64,000 nt of DNA from assembly GCA_947598395.1 (NCBI GenBank), contig CANQFG010000003.1:4178-68177 (forward strand), given 5' to 3'. The number at the start of each line of letters is the position of its first letter. Positions within the stretch are counted from its first letter, which is position 1. The position numbers and the translations under genes are program-made. The notes below the pieces were generated by a model. It ran no database searches, was not told the origin of the DNA, and was given only the letters and a program-made list of their open reading frames with translations. This DNA comes from an uncultured Bacilli bacterium (GTDB taxonomy: Bacteria > Bacillota_I > Bacilli_A > RF39 > UBA660). Of the stretch, positions 48,500 to 57,336 are shown piece after piece.

Positions 48500-49876
48500 A
48501 TGCAATATGATGATAGTCAAATACGAGCTATTAAAGAAGAAAATAACTGCCTCCTTATCGCCGGCGCTGGTTCGGGAAAAACGGCCACCATTATTGGCAA
48601 AGTCCGCTATCTAATTGAGGAGAAAAAAATCGATAAAGGAAAAATTCTCCTCCTATCATTTACCAATGAAGCCGTCAATTCCTTAAAAGAAAAATTAGCA
48701 ACCTACGACTGCGTAGTCGATACTCTGACATTTCACAAATTGAGTATGCGCATTTTAAACAATGGCCATGCGCAAATTATCGATGATGATTATTTAGAAT
48801 ATATTATTGATGAATATTTTAAAAGTTATATATTTTATGATTCGAAAAGACGAAAAGAATGGGCCAATTACTTGTATAAAATTAATATAAATGATGCAAT
48901 TTTTAAATCGAAAATCTATTTAGAGACCAAAAAGACTATCTATACCTTTATAAAATTGGCCAAGGGCAAAAATTTATCCTATCGCGAGCTATATGCCTTT
49001 TATAAGAAAAGTTTCTTTCGCGATTATACTTTACTCAAATATATCTTGGATATCTTTTTGATATATAAAAATGAACTTGAATCATTTAATGGCGTGGATT
49101 TCGACGATTTGATCATCGAGGCAACTAAGGAAGTTACTGATGGTACTCTACCCTACAAATATGTAATAATTGATGAATTTCAAGATACTTCAAAAATACG
49201 CCTCGATTTAATCTTAAAGATTTTAAAAGTCAATCGAGCTCGGGGATTTTTTGTTGGCGATGATTGGCAAAGCATCTATCGTTTTAGTGGGTGCAATATC
49301 AACATCTTCTTAAATATTGCCGGCTATATACCCGATATAAAAATTTTAAAATTACAATATACATACCGCAATAGTCAGGAACTATGCGATATATGCGAGA
49401 GATTTATCTTAAAGAATAAATATCAATTAAAAAAAGATATTAAGAGCACCAAACATATCGATAAGCCCATATATATAATGATCAATTACTCATTGCCGGA
49501 TCTTTTAAGGCAAATAGATAACGAAGATCTTATGATAATTGGACGAACAAATGAAGATATTGCCCATATCGATTTTCCCCATAAATTGACAATTCACCGG
49601 GCGAAAGGCTTAGAAGCTAAAAATGTCATATTAGTAAATTCCCAAAACATTCCGCATAAATGTTCCAATAATCGAATTTTTCGCTTTTTAGAAGATAATA
49701 AAAGGCACATTATCGACGATGAAGAACGGCGCCTTTTTTATGTCGCTTTAACAAGATGCCAAGAGCATATATACATCATGACAACGGAACCCCTTAGCCC
49801 CTTTTTAAAGGAAATCATTCGCGATGGTCGCCAAAGAATTGCAATAAAAAAGTACCATCGTGGTACTTCTTCCTAA
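48500..49876 (+). CDS. Short UvrD/Rep/HelD-like SF1 helicase (458 aa)
   Basis: [42 protein letters not shown] and [11 protein letters not shown] motifs. Confidence 0.85.
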   Translation: MQYDDSQIRAIKEENNCLLIAGAGSGKTATIIGKVRYLIEEKKIDKGKILLLSFTNEAVNSLKEKLATYDCVVDTLTFHKLSMRILNNGHAQIIDDDYLEYIIDEYFKSYIFYDSKRRKEWANYLYKININDAIFKSKIYLETKKTIYTFIKLAKGKNLSYRELYAFYKKSFFRDYTLLKYILDIFLIYKNELESFNGVDFDDLIIEATKEVTDGTLPYKYVIIDEFQDTSKIRLDLILKILKVNRARGFFVGDDWQSIYRFSGCNINIFLNIAGYIPDIKILKLQYTYRNSQELCDICERFILKNKYQLKKDIKSTKHIDKPIYIMINYSLPDLLRQIDNEDLMIIGRTNEDIAHIDFPHKLTIHRAKGLEAKNVILVNSQNIPHKCSNNRIFRFLEDNKRHIIDDEERRLFYVALTRCQEHIYIMTTEPLSPFLKEIIRDGRQRIAIKKYHRGTSS

Positions 49877-50412
49877 TAATTTTCCGCTTTAATTTCAAAG
49901 TAAGCTTGAGGATGAGCACATACTGGGCAAACAGCTGGAGCCTTTGGTCCGACGACGATATGGCCACAATTGCGGCACTTCCAAATGCGATCGCCATCCT
50001 TAGAGAATACTAAACCATTCTCGAGATTAGCAATTAATTTGCGATATCTTTCCTCATGTTCCTTTTCGATGGCTCCAACACTTTCAAAGAGGAAAGCCAA
50101 GCGATCGAATCCCTCTTCTTTGGCCGTCTTAGCAAATTCATCATACATATCCGTCCACTCATAATTTTCACCATCAGCAGCCGCCTTTAAATTATCGAGA
50201 GTTCCTGGTATTTCCCCACCATTTAACTCCTTAAACCACATTTTAGCATGTTCTTTTTCATTGGCAGCCGTCTCTTCAAAAATAGCGGCAATTTGTTCAT
50301 AACCATCCTTGCGAGCCTTACTAGCAAAGTACGTATATTTATTGCGTGCTTGACTTTCACCAGCGAAAGCTGTCATTAAATTTTGTTCCGTTTTACTTCC
50401 TTTTAATTCCAT
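49873..50412 (-). CDS. rbr: Rubrerythrin
   Basis: Ferritin-like diiron ExxH motifs (EKEHAKM, EKEHEER) and a C-terminal rubredoxin CxxC...CxxC (CRNCGH...CPVCAH). Confidence 0.93.
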   Translation of the reverse strand: MELKGSKTEQNLMTAFAGESQARNKYTYFASKARKDGYEQIAAIFEETAANEKEHAKMWFKELNGGEIPGTLDNLKAAADGENYEWTDMYDEFAKTAKEEGFDRLAFLFESVGAIEKEHEERYRKLIANLENGLVFSKDGDRIWKCRNCGHIVVGPKAPAVCPVCAHPQAYFEIKAENY

Positions 50413-50517
50413 AAATATTTCCTTTCATTTATCTAAAACTATTATATAACTTTTTTGCGCAAAGAAAAAGGAAAAATAACATGATGGGTATATATATATT
50501 TATAGGAGATGATAAAA

Positions 50518-50799
50518 ATGACGATCGCCGAATGGCACAATATCGATAATTATATTTGTGAGTATTATGAAAAATATCTATTTCCAGCTTTCGTAGCCGA
50601 AATACTTTCCTATATCTACCAATTGGGATACCCGACGTTTAAGAATTTTGATGAATGCATCATGACATTGAAGGCCTATTTTAGTATGCCTTTAAAAGGA
50701 GATATCTTTGATATCGTAAATAATATTTTAATGACTGACTATCATTTAAAAATCATCAGCAAGACGCCTCTTAAAATAAAAAGGAGCCAGAATGGCTAA
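50518..50799 (+). CDS. Small hypothetical protein (93 aa)
   Basis: ORF with an AGGAG RBS 9 nt upstream of the second ATG. No motif recognised. Confidence 0.4.
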   Translation: MTIAEWHNIDNYICEYYEKYLFPAFVAEILSYIYQLGYPTFKNFDECIMTLKAYFSMPLKGDIFDIVNNILMTDYHLKIISKTPLKIKRSQNG

Positions 50800-51434
50800 C
50801 CTTTAAATGAAGCATCGACATAATATATGGGCCTTTTCTCTTCATAATATTTCTTTTCAAAATCCGTCATGATATTCGGAATACGGCGTTCGTCGTGATG
50901 AAGATCAAAACTGACGCACTCAAAGGTATACCAATATTGACTCAATGACTCGAGAGAATAGGCAAAGAAGCCCTTATTATCCGTCTTTAAAATAATATGC
51001 TTATCTCTCTTAAAAATTTTATCATATAGGCGAAGATAACTTTCATGCGTAAACCGCCGCCGTTCATCTTGCTTTTTGGGCCATGGTTCGGAAAACGTCA
51101 AGTAAATCGTCGCAATTTCTTTGCCAAAGAATTTATCGATATCATGAGCATCGGCATTTATAAGTTTCAAATTGGCAAGCTCTAATTTGGCCAATTTATT
51201 GACGGCCATAACCATTTGGGAATCATTGAGTTCAAGGCCAATAAAATTGATGTCGGGATAAGTCATGGCCATATTAATGATAAAATCTCCTCTTCCCATT
51301 CCGAGTTCTAAAGCAATCGGATTATCATTGCCAAAAAGTTGATGCCAACTATTCTTATAATCGGTCGGGGTATTGACGACATATGGGGAACGATTGACGA
51401 TGTTATTGGCATTCTTAATAACGTTATAGCGCAT
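50796..51434 (-). CDS. trmB: tRNA (guanine-N7)-methyltransferase
   Basis: LELGMGRGDF SAM-binding motif and FSEPWPKKQDERRR motif. Start at the ATG at 51434 after AGGAAGTGA. Confidence 0.9.
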   Translation of the reverse strand: MRYNVIKNANNIVNRSPYVVNTPTDYKNSWHQLFGNDNPIALELGMGRGDFIINMAMTYPDINFIGLELNDSQMVMAVNKLAKLELANLKLINADAHDIDKFFGKEIATIYLTFSEPWPKKQDERRRFTHESYLRLYDKIFKRDKHIILKTDNKGFFAYSLESLSQYWYTFECVSFDLHHDERRIPNIMTDFEKKYYEEKRPIYYVDASFKG

Positions 51435-51637
51435 AATTTCACTTCCTGCCAATATATTATAATATTTTAATCGTTATCGTCAACTTCAAATATGGCAATT
51501 AATGTGGTTGAGATTAATTACTCATTTTTTTAGACTTTCAGCCATTTAAGGAAAATTATCCATACCGAAAAAAGATGACCACATATAATAAATTGAGGAT
51601 AGAAAAAGATAATATCAAAAACAAAGGAGGAACGAAA

Positions 51638-52129
51638 GTGAAAAGAAGAAAAAATATTATCTTGATTCTTCTCTTGCTCGTTATTTCCATAATGACTGTC
51701 GGCTATTCAACTTTTTCAAGTCAATTGGAAATTAATGGCACAGCTACGATAACGGGTATCTGGGACATCGAAATTACCAATATCAAGGCAACCAATGTAT
51801 GTACTGACTGTGATGCGGGAACACCTTCATTTAGCAAGACCGATGCAGCTTTCGATGCCAAACTCAAAAAACCTGGCGATACAATAACCTATGAAGTAAC
51901 CATTGAAAATCGGGGAACAATTGATGCCGTACTCGAAAAAATCGATCTCATTAATGTCGGAAATGTCAACGAAGATATTATTTTTACCAATACTAATCCC
52001 GCTCGTGAATTAGGTGAAGGTGAGACGACAACGATGCAAATTACGATAACTTATAATCCCGATAAAGATGAAAATCCTAGTATAACGACCAAAGAAGTTT
52101 TAGGCAAAATAATATATACGCAAAAATAG
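51638..52129 (+). CDS. Small secreted beta-rich protein with a SipW-cognate-like signal peptide
   Basis: GTG start after AAAGGAGGA. N-terminus is KRRKNIILILLLLVISIMTVGYSTFSSQLEINGTATITG. The basic-hydrophobic-(A/S)xF(S/T) pattern resembles TasA/camelysin-type signals. It lies directly upstream of a SipW-type peptidase. Confidence 0.6.
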   Translation: MKRRKNIILILLLLVISIMTVGYSTFSSQLEINGTATITGIWDIEITNIKATNVCTDCDAGTPSFSKTDAAFDAKLKKPGDTITYEVTIENRGTIDAVLEKIDLINVGNVNEDIIFTNTNPARELGEGETTTMQITITYNPDKDENPSITTKEVLGKIIYTQK

Positions 52130-52150
52130 AATATATCACGGATTAAGCAA

Positions 52151-53263
52151 ATGAAACTAAATCATAAATATTTAATACTCATTTTAATAATTTACTCCCT
52201 ATTCTCGATATACTTAAATATTCAATATTATGCCTTCTATACTAAAATTTTAAATCCCCTATTTTGGACAATAATGATATTTTACTTATTGATTAACCAT
52301 ATGCATCTTTACCGATATAATCACCATCAAAAAGATAGCCTTCTAATAAGCCTTTTTAGTATTGTTTTATACTTTTCTCTCGGGTGGCTTTTTTCCTTCA
52401 ATATCAGTCCCTTTAAACATGATTTAGTAATTATATTAAGAAATTTTTTCATCTATATTTGGCCATATCTAGGAATTGAATTAGTACGATTTTACATTAT
52501 CACAACCAATGGGAATCATAAATACATTATTTTATATATTACCCTTTTAACCATATCTCTTGCTCTTAACTATCATACTATATCGATTATCAAAAGTGAT
52601 AAAGAAGCTCTTTTCCAATATGGATTATCCACTGTTTTAATAATTATTAGCAACTATACCCTATTGAGTTATCTTGCCAAGCATGGCATATCGACCATTA
52701 TTCCCGTATTAATGGCCAAAATGGCGTACTTCATGATGCCAATACTCCCCAACTTAGATTGGTTTACCCTAGGAGCATTGGGGCTCTTTATCCCTATCAT
52801 AATTTATGTATTATTTAGCTATAAGTTTCCAAAAGAAAGATCATTTAAACAAAAAGAAAAAATGAATATTAATTCGCTGGTAATTCTATCATTTGCCTTT
52901 ATCATCGTTTGTTTCATGCTTGGTTTATTTAAATATAAAGCTATTTCTATCCTCTCCAATAGTATGACTCCCCTTTTTAGTCGAGGCGATGTCGTCATCT
53001 ATCAAAAGCAAAATGACGAAGATTACCAAAATCTATCCCCTGGCGATATCATCGCCTTTCGCGTCAGTAACAAATATATCGTTCATCGTATCGATGAGGT
53101 GCTAACGAGTGGCGACTTGCCATGTTTTGTCACCAAGGGCGATGACAATAATGTCGTCGATGCCCATATAGTTACACCCGAAGAGATTATCGGTGTATAT
53201 CAATTTCATATCAAATATTGGGGCTATCCAAGTATTTGGCTATATGAATATCTTCATAGTTAG
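52151..53263 (+). CDS. Polytopic membrane domain (~250 aa) fused to a SipW/archaeal-type signal peptidase I (S26B)
   Basis: The C-terminal part has SNSMTPLFSRGDVV (catalytic Ser box), IVHRI (His box) and TKGDDNN. The N-terminal part has about 7-8 TM helices. Confidence 0.75.
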   Translation: MKLNHKYLILILIIYSLFSIYLNIQYYAFYTKILNPLFWTIMIFYLLINHMHLYRYNHHQKDSLLISLFSIVLYFSLGWLFSFNISPFKHDLVIILRNFFIYIWPYLGIELVRFYIITTNGNHKYIILYITLLTISLALNYHTISIIKSDKEALFQYGLSTVLIIISNYTLLSYLAKHGISTIIPVLMAKMAYFMMPILPNLDWFTLGALGLFIPIIIYVLFSYKFPKERSFKQKEKMNINSLVILSFAFIIVCFMLGLFKYKAISILSNSMTPLFSRGDVVIYQKQNDEDYQNLSPGDIIAFRVSNKYIVHRIDEVLTSGDLPCFVTKGDDNNVVDAHIVTPEEIIGVYQFHIKYWGYPSIWLYEYLHS

Positions 53264-53272
53264 GAAGGAATT

Positions 53273-54235
53273 ATGAAAAGAAAAATATTAAAAATAATTA
53301 TCAGTTTTCTATCTATCGGTGCCGGTATTTTGGGCCTTTCCATCATTATTAAAGGACTATATGATGATTATTTAGAAGAGAATGCGAATAAAGCGATAGT
53401 TACTAAAGATTATGATTATCAAGTATTATTTGAACCAAATGATTTTTATTCCCATATCGATTCCCAAGAGGAAAACTACTTCCCATCCAAGTTGGTCGAA
53501 GCCATCGATATCGATCTCTATTATAAAAATGCGGATCTTATTCCCCAAAAGTATGATTATCAAATTTCCATGACTTTAGTCGGAGAGATCCCCGATGCCA
53601 ATGGCATCTTACGAACCATTTGGCAAAAAAAATTCGATTTTGAAAAAGGAGAAGGCCTTATCCCCGATCCTGAAAGTTGGGAAATAAATAAACGCCTAAC
53701 CGTCGACTACAAAGATTATGAAGCCATCGTCAAAGCATATAAAATGACCTGTAATTTAAAAATAAATACTACCTTAAAGATAAATTTAGACATTATCGGT
53801 TATACGGATACTAATGATTTTAAAGATACCATTCAGCTATCCATTCCCATTGATGAAAATATTACGACAATAGATGCGGATTTTGATAAGACGAACACTA
53901 TTTACTATGCAAAGGCTAAAAAGCATAACATCAGTTATTACCTATGTGGTCTTATATTATTGATTATTTCTGGTTCTTATATTATCGTCATGGCGAAGAG
54001 AAGCAATAGAGATAAAGACCAATTAAAACCGCTATTAAGGGAATATCGAGGGCTCATCATTCCCATCAAAGATAACTTAAATATTGAAAAAATTCCATTT
54101 ATTGATGTTAAAACCAGCGATGATATAATCGATATTGCCTTAGAAAATAGGACAAATATTCTTTACTATGATGCCCATATAGAAAGTTACTTTTACGTCA
54201 TAACCGAATATGTCATCTATCGCTTTATAGCATAA
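53273..54235 (+). CDS. DUF5305-like bitopic membrane protein
   Basis: N-terminal TM helix, a ~190-aa extracytoplasmic region, a second TM helix (YYLCGLILLIISGSYIIVMA) and a cytoplasmic C-terminal domain. Architecture and position next to a SipW-type peptidase fit DUF5305; the assignment is from memory. Confidence 0.55.
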   Translation: MKRKILKIIISFLSIGAGILGLSIIIKGLYDDYLEENANKAIVTKDYDYQVLFEPNDFYSHIDSQEENYFPSKLVEAIDIDLYYKNADLIPQKYDYQISMTLVGEIPDANGILRTIWQKKFDFEKGEGLIPDPESWEINKRLTVDYKDYEAIVKAYKMTCNLKINTTLKINLDIIGYTDTNDFKDTIQLSIPIDENITTIDADFDKTNTIYYAKAKKHNISYYLCGLILLIISGSYIIVMAKRSNRDKDQLKPLLREYRGLIIPIKDNLNIEKIPFIDVKTSDDIIDIALENRTNILYYDAHIESYFYVITEYVIYRFIA

Positions 54236-54236
54236 T

Positions 54237-54269
54237 AAAAGGTAGACAACCAACGTTGCCTACTTTTTT
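54237..54269. terminator. Bidirectional hairpin terminator between convergent genes
   Basis: AAAA-GGTAGACAAC-caac-GTTGCCTAC-TTTTTT, an imperfect 8-bp stem. Confidence 0.5.
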
Positions 54270-54270
54270 A

Positions 54271-54750
54271 TTAATCGATGGATTTTAACGTATCCAATAT
54301 TTTGCCACTAGTAGCATCAATAAAGTATTCATATTCGTATCGATCATAATCAAAAGTTACTTCATAGACTTGCTTTTGAAAACGAGTTTTATATTCTAAT
54401 TCGACATCGATATCATAAACTTGGGTTTTGCTTACCTTCATATCTTTTAAAGCAATATCCAAAGCCTTATCGCGCGATATCGTCTTGGCCGTGGTCGTCT
54501 TTTTCGTCGTCTTATTATCTTGACTTTCGGTGACATCATTATCATCTAGTTGATCAGATGTACCATAATCATCATCGTCATAAGGGGTTTCATAGCGATC
54601 TTCATACTTGTGTTCCAATTGTTCATATTTCACGGCAACAAAACCCATTCCGGCAATTAAAATAACAATGATACTTATCAATAAAATGATGATGATATTT
54701 CTTTCTTTATTAGATTCTTTAACATTACCTTTTTTATTAGTCATATTCAT
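54271..54750 (-). CDS. Membrane-anchored PepSY-domain protein
   Basis: One TM helix, an acidic linker and a C-terminal ISRDKALDIALKD...YEVTFDYDRYEYEYFIDATSGKIL, typical of PepSY. Confidence 0.7.
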   Translation of the reverse strand: MNMTNKKGNVKESNKERNIIIILLISIIVILIAGMGFVAVKYEQLEHKYEDRYETPYDDDDYGTSDQLDDNDVTESQDNKTTKKTTTAKTISRDKALDIALKDMKVSKTQVYDIDVELEYKTRFQKQVYEVTFDYDRYEYEYFIDATSGKILDTLKSID

Positions 54751-54925
54751 TCCTCTTTCTATTAAGATAATTGTACCAAATTTCTGACGAAAAGTCTTTA
54801 GCTTTGTACAATCAATTTATACCAAATTTTTCGTTTACTCTAAATTTAGTATAAATTGCTAAACATTATACTATAAAATTATTAAAAAACAAAAAAAACC
54901 TAAATATCGGTTTACTAACAGATAT

Positions 54926-55966
54926 TTAGGAAGGCAAATTCAATTTTTTAACAGTTGTTTCTTCTTTTAATTGGGCAAGAATATGTTCTTCAAGCGATTG
55001 AATATTAGCACTCGTAAGTTCCGAAATATCGGGATATAATTCGCGAATTTCATCTTGAATATTCATCTCTTCGACATCATCGACGATATAAGGATCTTGA
55101 TCATCCAAAGATACGATGCATTTTTCCTCATGGGCATAACCATTTAACTCTTCTTTAACTTCCGTCTCGGTGCGCAAAGCGCGATAGGGATTGGTAAGCG
55201 AATAGTAATAATGCCATCTCTTTTGACTTTCGGGATTCTTCACATCGTCAGATAATAGCAATTGAAATACTTCACTTCGATCGACGATAAAACCCGTATC
55301 GCCAACCCGCACAAAGGAAAGATTTTCCGGTTTATAAGTCTTTTCCTCAAACCAATTGGGAAGATTGAGCGGATAATTATTCATATATTCCTCGATTTCT
55401 AATAACTCTTCCTTGGAAAAATATGACCGCTCACAATATTTTTTCGGGAATGTAAAATTATCGAGGTTATTGATGACATACGTTGCGATATCATTATCGG
55501 GAATCCAGCCAATAAATTTATCGTCACCACTCTTTTGAATACTATAAATATTTCTAAACGATGGATATTCGGCAAATTTTTCCGTATCTTCATAGGAAAA
55601 TTCGCGATTGGCGTACTTTAATGAAGGATCCGTAACCGATTGTAATGATGTTGCTTTAACATTGATGTCGTCGATAACAAAGGCTTCGACCGTTTGTTCT
55701 TTGACGAAGTGATAAGTCAAATTCCCCTTGCCATCATTAGAAATAAGGGCCTTGATATCCTTTTTATAATATCGATTGGCAACTGTTGGCACGGCAAAAA
55801 CTTCATTTAAGGCATCATATTCATCTCGCAACTTTTCATAATCTTCATTCAATTCTTCATATTGCTTTTCCAATTGATGATATTCATAATTAGCACAGCC
55901 ACTCATCGTAAGGGAGGTTGCCAATCCTAACAACGCCGTCGTCGCCTTAATATTCTTTTTTTTCAT
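54926..55966 (-). CDS. Lipoprotein, paralog B of a tandem pair
   Basis: Lipobox LTMSGC. Shares blocks (VRVGDTGFIVD, YYYSLTNPYRAL) with the upstream gene. Confidence 0.7.
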   Translation of the reverse strand: MKKKNIKATTALLGLATSLTMSGCANYEYHQLEKQYEELNEDYEKLRDEYDALNEVFAVPTVANRYYKKDIKALISNDGKGNLTYHFVKEQTVEAFVIDDINVKATSLQSVTDPSLKYANREFSYEDTEKFAEYPSFRNIYSIQKSGDDKFIGWIPDNDIATYVINNLDNFTFPKKYCERSYFSKEELLEIEEYMNNYPLNLPNWFEEKTYKPENLSFVRVGDTGFIVDRSEVFQLLLSDDVKNPESQKRWHYYYSLTNPYRALRTETEVKEELNGYAHEEKCIVSLDDQDPYIVDDVEEMNIQDEIRELYPDISELTSANIQSLEEHILAQLKEETTVKKLNLPS

Positions 55967-55980
55967 CGCTCATAACCTCC

Positions 55981-57018
55981 TTATTTTGTTAACTTCTTAT
56001 TTGAATCGAGCTTTAAAGAAGTAATGATAGCCTCCTCTAAAGCCGAGACTTCATCATAAGTGAGTTTCGTTTTTCCCTTAAACATTTCATCGAGATAAGG
56101 GGCAATTTCAATACCCTTCCAATCCTTACCGAGAATGACATCATCCTTATCTAAAGACGTAATTTCCAAGGACAGTGATTCAATCTTTTTACCTTGAATA
56201 TTATAGTTATCATACTCTTCTGTAGACAAATCCGAAATAATTTTCAAGCCGCGAACGGGATTAGTTATAGCATAGAAATATTGAATATATTTAACGCTTT
56301 CTTGGTGATTGGGATCATCCGAATTTTTTAATTCAAGATAATTGTGCATATCGATCATAAAGCCTGTATCGCCAACTTTAACGAATGCCAATTTAGTAAC
56401 ATCATAAGTAGAATCTTGCCATTTATCTGTGGCATATTGGAGATCATTTAAATAATCTTCCAAGTGCGTTACTTCTTCTAAACTATATGTTTCCTTATCC
56501 TTATATTCATCGGGCAAAGGTAGATCGAAATAATTGACGACATATAAAGGTGCATGATAATCGGGAATAAAACCCAAAAAGCCATTTTCATGCGTCCGAT
56601 AAACTTGGCTGACGCTTTCATATGAATAGCCATTGCCATAATGAAATATTTGGTTGACAAAATACTTTGGCGGTTCCGTTATCGATAGATATAGTTCATC
56701 CCTTCGAGATAAAGTATCAAATTCATTAAAATTGGCTAAGCGCTTAGTAACCAAATGATATTCAAGAGAACCATCATCACTGACCGTAACAATACAGTAT
56801 AGTTGATTGGTGGAAAAATCCGTATTTACATCATTGACGAATTTATCCTTTAACCGCGCATATTCACGTTTTAAATCGTGATATTCCGTTACCAATTTGT
56901 GATAATCTTCGCTTAGTAAAGCAACGTCATCGGCCGTCTTCGAAACACAGCCCATCATATTTAAGGAAGTCGATAAACCGACAACAGCTGCTAAATTTTT
57001 AAAAGTTCGTTTTTGCAT
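55981..57018 (-). CDS. Lipoprotein, paralog A of a tandem pair
   Basis: Lipobox LNMMGC. Shares blocks (VKVGDTGFMID, YFYAITNPVRGL). Start at the ATG at 57018 after GAAGGGG. Confidence 0.7.
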   Translation of the reverse strand: MQKRTFKNLAAVVGLSTSLNMMGCVSKTADDVALLSEDYHKLVTEYHDLKREYARLKDKFVNDVNTDFSTNQLYCIVTVSDDGSLEYHLVTKRLANFNEFDTLSRRDELYLSITEPPKYFVNQIFHYGNGYSYESVSQVYRTHENGFLGFIPDYHAPLYVVNYFDLPLPDEYKDKETYSLEEVTHLEDYLNDLQYATDKWQDSTYDVTKLAFVKVGDTGFMIDMHNYLELKNSDDPNHQESVKYIQYFYAITNPVRGLKIISDLSTEEYDNYNIQGKKIESLSLEITSLDKDDVILGKDWKGIEIAPYLDEMFKGKTKLTYDEVSALEEAIITSLKLDSNKKLTK

Positions 57019-57092
57019 AAGCATCCCCTTCTACAGACAATCTATTATATTAACGATTATCGAAGTATTTGTCAATGAAAAAAAGAGAACGG

Positions 57093-57317
57093 TTATTCGT
57101 CCTCTTCGATAACTTCAAAATCTAACTCTTTAAGAGCCGCAATGATTCGAGCTTTAAGATCACTAGGAGCCGAAGCGTTGACGGAAACTAGAACTTGGCC
57201 CGTCTTATGATTGGCGCTTACCTTCTCCACGTATTCCATATTGGATATGGCCTTACTAATTCGCTTTTCACAACCAGTACAAACCATACCTTTTACATTA
57301 AATATCATTTCATTCAT
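57093..57317 (-). CDS. copZ: Heavy-metal-associated (HMA) domain metallochaperone
   Basis: GMVCTGC metal-binding motif. 74 aa with a ferredoxin-like pattern. Confidence 0.85.
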   Translation of the reverse strand: MNEMIFNVKGMVCTGCEKRISKAISNMEYVEKVSANHKTGQVLVSVNASAPSDLKARIIAALKELDFEVIEEDE

Positions 57318-57336
57318 ATATCTGTTCCTCTCTTCA

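Noticed and set aside
48500-49876. Third SF1 helicase as part of a Gabija/Hachiman-type anti-phage system
   Set aside because: There is no adjacent OLD/TOPRIM ATPase-nuclease or HamA-like partner. The gene directly follows addAB and is flanked by rubrerythrin. A DNA-repair accessory helicase is more parsimonious.
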